From positions 224,001 to 288,000 of the forward strand of contig CAWCNS010000002.1 in assembly GCA_963796965.1 (NCBI GenBank): a DNA stretch of 64,000 nt, written 5' to 3'. Below the pieces are notes generated by a model. That model was not told the DNA's origin. It did not search any database and worked only from the letters and a program-made list of their open reading frames with translations. This DNA is from Calditrichia bacterium (GTDB lineage: Bacteria; Calditrichota; Calditrichia; JAJRVZ01). Of this stretch, positions 1 to 10,411 are shown piece after piece. The first letter of the stretch is position 1. The number at the start of each line of letters is the position of its first letter. A program made the translations under genes and the position numbers.

Positions 1-2
1 AT

Positions 3-2000
3 CAGCCAAACACAATTGTCTTAACCCAAGAAATCGCTATGAAATATATGGGGACGAATAAGGCCATTGGTAAAACATTAACGATTCATTGGGAGGGTGA
101 GCCTGTTGATTTTTTAGTAACTGGTATATTGAATGATGTTCCGGCTAACTCCCATTTTAATTTTGAGATTTTAATATCTATTTCTTCTTATCCGCCTGAA
201 ATTCTAGATGAATGGTTCAACAATAATTTTTATACCTATATTATACTTCAGGATCATATTTCCGCCCCGGCTATGGAATTGAAATTTCCTTCTCTCCTGT
301 CAAAATATCTTATGGCTGATTTTGCTGCATATTTCGGACCTGATATTGATGTTAATGATGTCTTCAAGATAAAGTTAAAACCTCTTACAGATATTCATTT
401 AGAGCCCACACGAAATTTTGAAATTGCCCCACAGGGTAATAAAATGGCCGTATACAGTTTGTCCATTATTGCCATTCTCATTTTAACCATTGCCTGCATT
501 AATTTTATTAATCTTTCGACAGCAAATGCGAATAAAAGAGCGCAAGAGGTAGGGATGCGCAAAGCGATTGGAGCAAGTCGCCACCAGTTATGGACACAAT
601 TCCTGGGAGAATCATTTCTGTTGGCCTCTGTTAGTTGTATTATAGCTATTCTTATGATAGAATTTTTACTTCCAATTTTTAACCAAATATCCGGGAAAGA
701 ATTCTCGGGATTTTTGATCTTCAAAGGAAAAAATCTTTTGATTCTTTTCCTCCTCTCCACAATTACGGGGCTCTTCGCCGGGATTTATCCCGCATTTATG
801 CTCTCTGCTTATGATCCGATTAAAGCGATTAAAGGTTCGACAGATAAAACTTCGAACAGAATTAATTTCCGTAATGGTATGACCGTTATTCAGTTTGTTA
901 TTTCTATTGCATTAATAATCAGTACCATCATCATTTATCAACAGATGCAATACTTTCAGAGTAAATCTCTGGGATTTGACAAGGAGAATGTAATCCTCGT
1001 GTCTACAGAATCTGAAGAGGTTAAGCACAAACTCCCGTCATTCCGAAATAGTTTAATCCAGAGTTCACATATCACTTCAGTATCTGGAACTTCAAATACT
1101 CTTGGGAATGATGTCTTTTGGGATACAAACTTTCGCCGGGATGACACAGATGAATTCTACAATTTATTATTGCTCTTAACAGACTATGATTTTATTAACA
1201 CCTACAATATGCGTCTATTGCATGGCAGAAATTTCTCACGTGAATATGTAACCGATAAGGAACATGCATTTCTTATTAATGAGCAAGCCGCAAAAACATT
1301 AGGCTATGCACCTGAGGAAGCTGTTGGAAAAAAACTTAGTATGACCCTTGGGACAGACGAGTTTAGAGAAAGTATCATTATTGGTGTCGTTGAGAATTTT
1401 CATTTTCAATCCCTCCATCGAAGAATCGAACCGCTTGTTATGTACATTGCGAATCCGGAGGACATCACTGTACTGGCGATTAAAGGTACCCAAGGGAATA
1501 TAGCGGAAATGATCGATCATCTTAATTTTACATGGGAGAAAATATATCCTTCTGAACAACTGGTATTTAGTTTCCTGGATAGCAGACTCGATCTTCTTTA
1601 TAAAAGTGAAGGGCGTATTCAGAATTTACTTACAATCTTCACGGTTTTATCTGTATTTATTGCTTCTCTTGGACTCTTAGGTTTGGCCATATATTCATCG
1701 GAAAGTCGAAGGAAAGAGATAGGCATTCGCAAGGTCGTTGGCGCCACTGTGACTGGGATTACCTTAATGCTTTCCCGGGATTTCACTAAATGGGTTCTAA
1801 TGGCGAATCTTTTTGCCTGGCCCGCCGCGTGGTATCTTATGAACCTATGGTTACAAAATTTTTCTTATAAAATTGAATTAGGATGGACCGTATTTATTCT
1901 ATCCGGATTCATCTCATTAATTATTGCCCTTATTACTGTGATTGCTCAAGCGATTAAATCAGCTGTTATGAATCCGGTTGAGAGTTTGAGGTATGAGTGA
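3..2000 (+). CDS. ABC transporter permease, MacB/FtsX family (duplicated type), 5'-truncated by window edge
   Basis: Frame open from position 3; ACINFINLSTA..R..EVGMRKAIGA and RRKEIGIRKVVGA FtsX motifs; ends NPVESLRYE. Confidence 0.9.
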   Translation, partial: QPNTIVLTQEIAMKYMGTNKAIGKTLTIHWEGEPVDFLVTGILNDVPANSHFNFEILISISSYPPEILDEWFNNNFYTYIILQDHISAPAMELKFPSLLSKYLMADFAAYFGPDIDVNDVFKIKLKPLTDIHLEPTRNFEIAPQGNKMAVYSLSIIAILILTIACINFINLSTANANKRAQEVGMRKAIGASRHQLWTQFLGESFLLASVSCIIAILMIEFLLPIFNQISGKEFSGFLIFKGKNLLILFLLSTITGLFAGIYPAFMLSAYDPIKAIKGSTDKTSNRINFRNGMTVIQFVISIALIISTIIIYQQMQYFQSKSLGFDKENVILVSTESEEVKHKLPSFRNSLIQSSHITSVSGTSNTLGNDVFWDTNFRRDDTDEFYNLLLLLTDYDFINTYNMRLLHGRNFSREYVTDKEHAFLINEQAAKTLGYAPEEAVGKKLSMTLGTDEFRESIIIGVVENFHFQSLHRRIEPLVMYIANPEDITVLAIKGTQGNIAEMIDHLNFTWEKIYPSEQLVFSFLDSRLDLLYKSEGRIQNLLTIFTVLSVFIASLGLLGLAIYSSESRRKEIGIRKVVGATVTGITLMLSRDFTKWVLMANLFAWPAAWYLMNLWLQNFSYKIELGWTVFILSGFISLIIALITVIAQAIKSAVMNPVESLRYE

Positions 2001-2109
2001 TCAATGAACAATTATCAATAAACAATTATCAAAAATAATTAAATTATAAATTGATACAAAAAGCAATGATGATTGTTATAGATCATTGCTCAGTGAGAGG
2101 AGTGAGTAA

Positions 2110-4428
2110 ATGTATAAGAATTACCTAAAAACTGCTCTACAATACATCAAGAGACACAAGGGTTTTTCATTTATTAATATGAGTGGTTTGGCCTTGGCAA
2201 TTGCTTGCTCTATTCTTGTTTTTATATGGGTAGCACATGAGTTGAGTTTTGACCAGTTTTATAAAAATAAGTCTACACTCTGTGTCGCTTTTTTTGATAA
2301 TGGAAGTTGGACCACTCCACCCGCCTTAGCTAAATTTTTAAAGACACAATATCCTGAAATAGTTGATGCATCAAGATTTTCAAATGCAGGCAGAATTAAA
2401 GTCCAATATAACGAAAAAGTATTTATGGAGAGTGGCGGGGTACTGGTTGATCCTGCATTTATTGATATGTTTACATTGGACTTTATCCTTGGAAATTCTG
2501 ATAAAGTATTTACTCATCCATTTACTGTTCTAATTAGTGAATCCTTTGCAAAAAAATATTTTGGGTCAGATAACCCATTAGGAAAAACACTTGTTGCAGA
2601 TGGAATGGATTTTAAAGTTGAAGGCGTGATCAATGATTTCCCGCAAAATTCTCATATAGAGTTTGATTTTATTTTACCCTTTGAACTATTGAGCCAAATG
2701 GGTCGTGATTTGAATACCTGGAATAGTAATTGGCATCGCACCTACATTCAACTGAAACAACATGTGTCTTTATCTGACTTAAATGATAAAGTAATTAATG
2801 TTGTACGTAATCATCGTGAACAGGATCAGCGTGCTTTTTTACTAAGGCCAATTACTGAGATTTACCTTAATCGATTAGGTGGAGGAGGAAGGATAATTTT
2901 TGTTTATACATTTTCCATTATTGGTTTTTTAATTTTATTCATAGCCTGTATTAACTTTGTCAATTTATCTACTGCTCAAGCATCTGCACGGGCAAGAGAA
3001 GTAGGAATGAGAAAGACCCTTGGAGTGAATCGGATTGATCTAATAAAACAATTTTACAGTGAATCACTAATCTTTATATTTATTGCCTGGCTTATAGGCT
3101 TACTTATAGTAACACAAGTGTTACCCGAGTTTAATTCATTTACTGGAAAGAATTTCAGCATTTCCGATTTTATGACCATTCCGGTACTTTCCGGAATTAT
3201 TGGGATATTATTTGTTTCAGGCATTCTGGCCGGCAGCTACCCTGCTTATGTACTTTCTTCATACAAACCAATTTTAGTTTTAAAAGGCTTCCATAAAACA
3301 GGTAATAAAGGCTCACAATTTAGAAGAGTGATGGTTGTTTTTCAATTTTCACTCTCAATTATAATGATCTTTGGTTCTCTTGTTTTATATAATCAACTTG
3401 ATTACATAGAAACCATGCCCCTCGGATTTAATAAAGACAATATTATTACCATGAGGATTGATGGAAAAATAAATAATTTAGACACCTTCAAGAATGGTCT
3501 AATCAATCATCCAAATATTGAAAAAGTGACAACAACAAATGTCCCACCTTTCCGCTGGAATACCAATGCAGGGCAGGGTGATGTCCACTGGGAGGGACAG
3601 CAAAATTCCCAAATTAGAGTAGTGGAAACGACGGTAGATTATGATTATGCTGAAACATTTGGGATGGAGATAGTTGAAGGTCGGTTTCTTCAGAGAGATC
3701 GTGTAAGTGATGTGACTGATGCCTGGGTAGTTAACCAGGCTGCCGTAGAAGCGATGGGAATGGATGAACAATCGGGAAATGGTTAAGATTATGGAATAAT
3801 AAGAGAAAAATTGTCGGTGTTATAAAAAATTTCCATTTTGAATCATTACATAGCAAAATAATGCCAATGGCCCTGAGGATATCATCGAGTAATCCCTGGG
3901 CTTGTATTAAGATTAAAGCAAAAAACATCCCGGGCACCCTTAAACATATTGAGAAGATATGGAACAAATTCAGCCCTGACTATCCTTTTGAATTTCATTT
4001 TTTCGACGACCAAATCAAGGAACAATATAAGTTCGATCAAAGAATTCTCATCCTATTCAATTATTTTACATTTTTAGCCATTAGTATTTCTTGTCTTGGA
4101 TTATTTGGGCTATCTGCCTTCTTTGTACAGGACCGAACCAAAGAGATTGGTATCCGGAAAATTCTTGGAGCCTCGGTATCAGGCATCTTCTTAATTTTAT
4201 CCAGGGATTCTATTAAATGGGTGATTCTTGCTTCGCTTATTGCCTTGCCACTGGCATCAATTGCAGTTAGCGAATATCTTCAGTTATATGCTTATCATCT
4301 TTCGATTGGTTTATTCTATTATATAGTATCTGCAGCAATTGCATTCTTCATAGCGCTTGTGACAGTGAGCTGACCAAGTAACTAAAGCATCATTAACCAA
4401 TCCGATCAATTCGCTGAGGTATGAATAG
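2110..4428 (+). CDS. ABC transporter permease, MacB/FtsX family (frameshifts near 3770 and 4370)
   Basis: ORFs 2110-3786 and 3861-4373 are consecutive parts; the C-terminus TKASLTNPINSLRYE* lies in another frame ending at 4428. Confidence 0.88.
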
Positions 4429-4508
4429 GTTCGGGGAGCGTGAAGCGTATGGCGGAAAAGAAGAGAGAGGAGTGAAGAGCGTAAAGGCTCGAGAGTAAAG
4501 TGTTAAGA

Positions 4509-4926
4509 GTAGGGGCGGTTCGCGAAACGCCCTATAGACATTATATCACAAAACGGTAGGGGCAGACCCGTGTGTCTGCCCAGTGAGAATAAAATATTAC
4601 AAAGGATCGATAGAACATGAGCTGGGATTGTCCACATTGGAATAATGATATCTGTGAATTAAATGGTATCACCTGCAAGCCGGGTAAGGGGCAGTGTGTG
4701 CTGAAGGGTCGGTTTGAGATAAAATCGGGGGAGAAGAAAAAAGAAGAGGGAGAAGAGAAGAGAGACAAGCTTGAATCGTAGCGACACGATTATCGCGTCG
4801 ACTAAAGAGGCAAAAATTGAGAGTAGGGGCGGCGTGGGTCCGTCCAATAATTGAAGAATGATAAATATTCAATATTCAACACGGAATATTCAATGATCAA
4901 TTAGGTGCGATCCCGTTTGGTCGCCC
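4509..4926 (+). repeat. Cluster of GTAG-type REP-like palindromes (4509, 4556, 4778, 4823, ~4901)
   Basis: GTAG followed by a GC-rich imperfect hairpin, e.g. GTAGGGGCAGACCCGTGTGTCTGCCC; a near-identical copy lies at 8838. Confidence 0.75.
4617..4781 (+). CDS. Small Cys-rich protein (54 aa), not in ORF track
   Basis: MSWDCPHWNNDICELNGITCKPGKGQCVLKGRFEIKSGEKKKEEGEEKRDKLES; AAAGGA SD-like motif at 4601. Confidence 0.65.
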   Translation: MSWDCPHWNNDICELNGITCKPGKGQCVLKGRFEIKSGEKKKEEGEEKRDKLES

Positions 4927-5045
4927 AATAAGATTAATATTCAATTCTTTGTGATCTTTGAGTATACTTAGTGAACTTTGTGTTTATATTTTTGAAAAGT
5001 CAGAATGGATTGGAATTTTCCATATAACATTAATGGAGTATTTAT

Positions 5046-7463
5046 ATGATCAGGAACTATCTAAAGATCACTTTTCGCACATTGAAAAAGACTAAATTAT
5101 TTTCAACTATTAATATCCTTGGGTTGTCAATTGGTATGGCCGCCTGCCTATTGATATTACATTATGTGACCTTCGAGAACAGTTATGACATGGCACATAC
5201 CAATATCGATCAGACGTATCGCCTTCGATACGAGAGGACCAGTGAAGATGGCTCCGCCGTCCGGTTTGCCTCTTGCACACCTCCGGCGGGCGGGCTTATT
5301 CGACAGCGTTTTCCGGAAGTGGATGTGCTTGCCAGGATATTCCGTTATCGTGGTGTTGTCGTCTCCCATAATGACACAAAATTCACAGAGGAACGCGTAT
5401 TTCATGCCGAGCCTGAATTTATGGATATCTTCGATTTTCCGTTTGTTAAAGGTGATCCAAAAACTGCCCTGGCGGGTGTGGATAATGCTTTAATTTCAGA
5501 ATCAATGGCCAAGAAGTATTTTGGTTCCGAGGATCCCATCGGAAAAATTCTGAAAGTCGATCAAAAAACAGAATATCAGGTTGTTGGTATATTTAAGGAT
5601 GTGCCCGTCAACTCACATATAAAATTTGATTTTTTACTCTCCTTTGAAAACTTTGCAAAAAGTTCAGGCCCTGACTATATGGAAAACTGGGGTCATACTG
5701 GAATGTACACCTATGTTATCTTGAAATCCGGGACAGATATCAGTGAATTTAGAAGAAAGATTGCAGAATTAGTAGAATCAGAATTTGGGGAAGCACTTAA
5801 ATACTACAATATGGTCATGGAGTTGCCACTTCAGCCGGTAAGGGAGATTCACCTCACATCCCATTATATGCAGGAATTTGAAGTTAATGGTGATAAAAAA
5901 GCAGTAAATTTTCTTCTGATCATTGCTTTATTTATTATTATTATCGCCTGGGTTAATTACATCAATCTATCAACCGCCCGGTCTCTCACTAGAGCAAGAG
6001 AAGTTGGTTTACGAAAAACTGTGGGAGGTTCCCGAAGACAACTCATAATCCAGTTTTTCATTGAGACAATTGTATTAAATATTATAGCGTTAATGGTGAG
6101 TGTAATATTTATACAATTAGCCCTTCCCTTTTTCACTCAATTAACCGGTATGCCAGCGACATTCCCATTTTGGAGTCAATCCTGGGTTTGGATAATATTG
6201 CCTGCTTTGTTTCTTTTTGGCATCCTGCTTTCAGGATTGTATCCGGTTTTAAAATTATCTGCTTATCATCCAATTGCTACATTAAGGGGAAAAATAGGTA
6301 CATCGACCAAAGGAATAAGCATCCGCAAATCATTAGTAGTTTTTCAATATGTGATGGCTCTCGCTCTGATTACGAGCACGTTGACTGTCTATTCTCAAAT
6401 TAATTTTATGAAAAATCAAGCATTAGGATTTGATATCGATCAAACGCTTATTGTTAAAGCGCCAAGAGTGAAGGACGAAGCATTCGGTGAAAAGATAGTT
6501 ACTTTTAAAAATGTACTCTTAGCTAAAAACGAGGTGAATACAATATGCGTGGTAACAGAAGTGCCCGGTAAACAAATTTACTGGGATGCGGGGGGCATCA
6601 GAAAAGCAGGTGAAGACGCGAACAAGGGGAAGAACTACCAAATTGTGGGTGTTGACTATGATTTTGTGGATGTTTTTAAAGTTGAATTCGCTGCCGGGAG
6701 AAATTTCTCCAAAGACCATTCTTCTGATCAGGAAGCCCTGATATTGAATGAAACTGCCATCCACTGGATGGGATTTATAAATCCAAAAGAGGCTGTTGGC
6801 CAACAAGTAGATTACTGGGGTAATATTTTCACGATTATTGGGGTTATAAAAGACTACCATCAACAATCTCCCAAGCAGGCATTCGAACCACATATTTTCA
6901 GGTTAATGCCCGAGGGAAGACATAATCTTGGTCTGTTTGCCATAAAAATAAATACTGCTGATATAAATAAAACACTAACCATGGTTCAGGAACAATACAA
7001 TGTCTTTTTTCCTGGAAATCCATTTGATTATTTTTTCCTGGACACTTATTTTGATCAGCAATATAGGGCAGATATTCTTTTTGGACGCGTCTTCGGTATT
7101 TTCGGCGCCCTTGCCATTTTCGTGACAAGTATTGGGGTTCTTGGATTAATCGCATTTATGGTCACTCAGAGGACAAAAGAAATTGGAATTCGTAAGGTAT
7201 TGGGAGCAGATATCAGGCAAATTCTGCATATCCTCACTATTGAAATCGTCAAACTTATTATAATTTCATTCATTGTGATGATCCCAATTATGTACTGGGG
7301 TATTGATTTATGGCTGCAATCATTTGCCAATCGTATGGAACTTGGATATAGTTTGTTTATTTGGCCCTTGATTGTGACTCTGGTGATCACCGTCATTACC
7401 GTTGGAACCCATGTGGTGCGCGCCGCCATCGCCAATCCTGTCCAAGCATTAAGGTACGAATAG
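5046..7463 (+). CDS. ABC transporter permease, MacB/FtsX family
   Basis: Intact 805 aa; MIRNYLKI start, two FtsX repeats, ends NPVQALRYE; GGAG RBS. Confidence 0.92.
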   Translation: MIRNYLKITFRTLKKTKLFSTINILGLSIGMAACLLILHYVTFENSYDMAHTNIDQTYRLRYERTSEDGSAVRFASCTPPAGGLIRQRFPEVDVLARIFRYRGVVVSHNDTKFTEERVFHAEPEFMDIFDFPFVKGDPKTALAGVDNALISESMAKKYFGSEDPIGKILKVDQKTEYQVVGIFKDVPVNSHIKFDFLLSFENFAKSSGPDYMENWGHTGMYTYVILKSGTDISEFRRKIAELVESEFGEALKYYNMVMELPLQPVREIHLTSHYMQEFEVNGDKKAVNFLLIIALFIIIIAWVNYINLSTARSLTRAREVGLRKTVGGSRRQLIIQFFIETIVLNIIALMVSVIFIQLALPFFTQLTGMPATFPFWSQSWVWIILPALFLFGILLSGLYPVLKLSAYHPIATLRGKIGTSTKGISIRKSLVVFQYVMALALITSTLTVYSQINFMKNQALGFDIDQTLIVKAPRVKDEAFGEKIVTFKNVLLAKNEVNTICVVTEVPGKQIYWDAGGIRKAGEDANKGKNYQIVGVDYDFVDVFKVEFAAGRNFSKDHSSDQEALILNETAIHWMGFINPKEAVGQQVDYWGNIFTIIGVIKDYHQQSPKQAFEPHIFRLMPEGRHNLGLFAIKINTADINKTLTMVQEQYNVFFPGNPFDYFFLDTYFDQQYRADILFGRVFGIFGALAIFVTSIGVLGLIAFMVTQRTKEIGIRKVLGADIRQILHILTIEIVKLIIISFIVMIPIMYWGIDLWLQSFANRMELGYSLFIWPLIVTLVITVITVGTHVVRAAIANPVQALRYE

Positions 7464-7533
7464 TTGGTATAGAGCCCCAACTCTAATTTATTCAAACCAC
7501 CTCATATGGAGGTGGAGATTTTGACAAAAGACA

Positions 7534-7628
7534 AACCACAAAGGACACAAAGAAGGCACAAAGCACACAAAAAAATATTACTAATCCTTTGTGATCTTTG
7601 TGCCTTCTTCGTGAACTTAGTGGTAAAA
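7534..7628. repeat. CACAAAG/CTTTGTG inverted-repeat element (empty allele of the mini-element target)
   Basis: aaccacaaaggacacaaag...ctttgtgatctttgtgccttcttcgtgaacttagtggt; related copies near 4947, 19562, 49598, 55213. Confidence 0.75.
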
Positions 7629-7665
7629 AAATCTTAAGATATACTAAAAAGAAAGGTATACTTAA

Positions 7666-7924
7666 ATGGCCAGCATAAACATTCAACTGCCCACGATGGA
7701 TGCGGATCATTCAATAGAGATTGAGGTTCGCATTAACGGTAATAGAACAAAATACCATTATCGTGTTGAGACTTTTTCAATGGGATGAATGCATGGAACC
7801 TGAAAACCATGCCCAATGTCTAAAGGAAAAAATAAATAGCTATGATCAAAAATGGAGGTTGATCCAAATCGGCGGACCTACAGAAAAAAACATCCCTGTG
7901 ATGTTCAAACAAGTTGGTAATTAG
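7666..7924 (+). CDS. Small hypothetical protein (~85 aa, one frameshift near 7771)
   Basis: AAAGG RBS then MASINIQLPTMDADHSIEIEVRING...YRVE, joining LFQWDEC...MFKQVGN in the frame of ORF 7721-7924. Confidence 0.6.
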
Positions 7925-7953
7925 ACAGAACGACTGATCTGAATTCAACAGAA

Positions 7954-8586
7954 TCAGAGTAAATTGAGATAACGGAGTCCATCTTTAAAATATATAAATG
8001 CAAAGATAAAAAGGGCTATACCCAATCCTCTGAGCAGATAAATATAATATTTATTCTTTAATATATGTCGTGACTTACCTAATATGATGGCTGTCGTTAT
8101 TTTTGATCCCACTAGAAAAAAGTACATACTAAATAAAAATCCAAACGCACACACCCAGTTTATCTGAAGGGCTTTTATAATAATTGGTGCTCCTACAGAG
8201 ACCCAAAAGATATAGGGGTTTGGATTAAAAACATTGGCAAGGATCCCCTTCCTGATAGATTGAGGTGCAATTTTCCCTTCATCCATCTCGACACCCTTAA
8301 ATGTAATGCTCTCATACCCAAGATAAACCACATAACCTGCCCCAATTAAACTAATTAATCCAATTATCAGATCTATATCAGATAACTCTGACAACAAAAA
8401 TATTGAAATGACTATGATTGGTGAATCCGTAATTAATGGGGCCAGAGAAACTTTTATACCCTCTCGTGTGCCATGTTTTAGCGTTTCCGTGAATACTAAT
8501 GTCATCAGGGGCCCAGGCGTTAAACCAGCCCCTAATCCGAACATTATGCCGGTTAAAAGATATGATATTTCGTCTGACATCGCCAT
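7954..8586 (-). CDS. LysE family translocator
   Basis: GLTPGP, D.P and NPNPYIFW motifs; about 6 TM helices. Confidence 0.88.
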   Translation of the reverse strand: MAMSDEISYLLTGIMFGLGAGLTPGPLMTLVFTETLKHGTREGIKVSLAPLITDSPIIVISIFLLSELSDIDLIIGLISLIGAGYVVYLGYESITFKGVEMDEGKIAPQSIRKGILANVFNPNPYIFWVSVGAPIIIKALQINWVCAFGFLFSMYFFLVGSKITTAIILGKSRHILKNKYYIYLLRGLGIALFIFAFIYFKDGLRYLNLL

Positions 8587-8792
8587 TTTTTGGTTTATTT
8601 ATTGTTTCAGAAAGGAGGTAAATTACTGGAAAAAGTTAAAAGACACAAAGCCCAGGTATCATTGAGAGGGATTATTTAGAAAAGAATGAGCGAAGAGTGT
8701 GAAGAATTGAGCATTGAGAGTTTCAGCCCTGTTGAATAATCAATATCCTACAGAGGAATATTCGAGTCTATGAAAATCAATGCCAAAGGTTG

Positions 8793-8882
8793 GTAAGGAC
8801 GAAGTACGTCACGTCCTAATATTCAAGTTGGAGAAATGTAGGGGCAGACCCGTGTGTATGCCTACTAATTGTAGAGCGCAAT
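8793..8882 (+). repeat. GTAG-type REP-like palindromes
   Basis: GTAGGGGCAGACCCGTGTGTATGCCTAC at 8838 matches the 4556 copy; degenerate neighbours on both sides. Confidence 0.65.
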
Positions 8883-8943
8883 AATTTATAATAATTATCC
8901 GCGAAAATCAGCACAATCTTTGTAATCCATGTTCTATCATTAT

Positions 8944-9351
8944 CTATTGCAACACCTCATCTTTTTGTGGCTGAAACTGATCAAGGGGATTTATTAGTCG
9001 CTCCAATTTTACTCTGGCGGAGAATGAATTATATCCTTTGATTGTGCCAAAAGGTAAAAATTGGATTCCAATATTCTTTTGAACACTATTATTATCTGGT
9101 GCTATCCAGCGAACTTCTCCTATTACCTGTATTTTTTTGTGACCTGGTATTTCAATTTTAAAATGAATTTTATCGCCATAAACCAATTCTTTATCTGTTT
9201 GAAATCCAAGTCCACTTTTGTTTAGATCATTTAAAGTTAAAGGTTCGGAGTATTTTTTAAATATACCTAACGTTGAACTTTCCTCACAGAATACGTTACT
9301 TCCTGGGAATTGATGGCGTTGGCTATAACGTCGCTCTCGTATTTCAGTCAT
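8944..9351 (-). CDS. PilZ domain protein
   Basis: RRYSQR (RxxxR) and DLNKSG motifs; GEVRW..GIQF barrel pattern. Confidence 0.8.
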   Translation of the reverse strand: MTEIRERRYSQRHQFPGSNVFCEESSTLGIFKKYSEPLTLNDLNKSGLGFQTDKELVYGDKIHFKIEIPGHKKIQVIGEVRWIAPDNNSVQKNIGIQFLPFGTIKGYNSFSARVKLERLINPLDQFQPQKDEVLQ

Positions 9352-9536
9352 GCACCCTTGGTCCTGTTTTATACTGATCCGGTCTTTTGGTATTTGTTTT
9401 TCGAAGTATTATAACTGAAGGTAAAATTTATGTTCTACTAAATATAAAATTCTGTCAACACGCGAAGATTAAATAATACCAATCTACACAATATTGTCTG
9501 TATATAATTATAGTATGAATATAGACAAATCTCTAT

Positions 9537-9932
9537 CTATTGCATCTGTTCTGGTTGCGGAGCTAACAGCGGATTTATCAATTTCTCTAGTTTTTCGCGG
9601 GAGTTAAAAGAATTATACTGCTTCATGGTACCAAATGGCAAAAATTGAACTCCTACAGATTGTTGCTGCTGTTGATTTCCAGCCACCCACACAACCTTGC
9701 CTTTTATCTTTATCTTCTGACGCCCCGGAATATCAATCTTCAACTGTACCAGATCTCCACGAGACACTGGCTGTGTAGTTTTAAAAGAAATTCCACTCTT
9801 CGTCAGATTCTCTAAGGTAAATGGCTCAGAAAACTGTTTAAACAATCCAAAAGTAGAATTTTCCTGACAATACACCTTTGCATCATCAAAATGATAACGC
9901 TCACTGAAACGTCGATCTCTTTCTTCAACCAT
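9537..9932 (-). CDS. PilZ domain protein (paralog of 8944-9351)
   Basis: RRFSER and NLTKSG motifs; GKVVW..GVQF; shared QFLPFGT.K.YNSF tail. Confidence 0.8.
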   Translation of the reverse strand: MVEERDRRFSERYHFDDAKVYCQENSTFGLFKQFSEPFTLENLTKSGISFKTTQPVSRGDLVQLKIDIPGRQKIKIKGKVVWVAGNQQQQQSVGVQFLPFGTMKQYNSFNSREKLEKLINPLLAPQPEQMQ

Positions 9933-10264
9933 GATTATGCACCTCTGTTAAAAAAAAGCATTAATTCCCCTGGGATTATAGATTTTCGGTTGTTTTTCTT
10001 TGATATTGAGATTTTTTAATCTTTTTATCCAACATTTTTTTCATTTCAATGTATTAACAGAAAACAGAAATGAAGGAGAAATTTATGTGAATGCTCTCGA
10101 TATTTGTTGTAAATTAGGGGCTATTTTGACAGTGATCACAAATAACATATTAATTATGAGAAAAGTGACCACGAACACAGTGTAAATAAATTAAATCGGT
10201 AATTTGGGAACAATTGACGTGTTTTTTACGTTCGGGCATGTAACAAAAGAGGGAGGAAATAAAG

Positions 10265-10366
10265 ATGAAACTCAAGATTAAGATAAAGATAAAATCAAAA
10301 TTCTATCACAAAGAGATTCTTTCAGATAAGAAAGAAGAACGAATACCTTTACGTCTGGCCAGCTGA
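10265..10366 (+). CDS. Putative 33-aa basic small protein
   Basis: GAGGGAGG SD 8 nt before ATG; MKLKIKIKIKSKFYHKEILSDKKEERIPLRLAS; stop lies within a terminator hairpin. Confidence 0.45.
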   Translation: MKLKIKIKIKSKFYHKEILSDKKEERIPLRLAS

Positions 10367-10382
10367 TTGCTGGCCAGTTTTT
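10355..10382 (+). terminator. Intrinsic terminator
   Basis: CTGGCCAGC-TGATT-GCTGGCCAG followed by TTTTT. Confidence 0.65.
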
Positions 10383-10411
10383 ATCAATAACGTTTTAAAC
10401 TGCTTACAATC

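Noticed and set aside
10200..10400. tmRNA, suggested by the tag-like ...PLRLAS* with its stop in a hairpin
   Set aside because: No tRNA-like 5' GGGG end, T-arm or 3' CCA; the ORF has its own SD and ATG.
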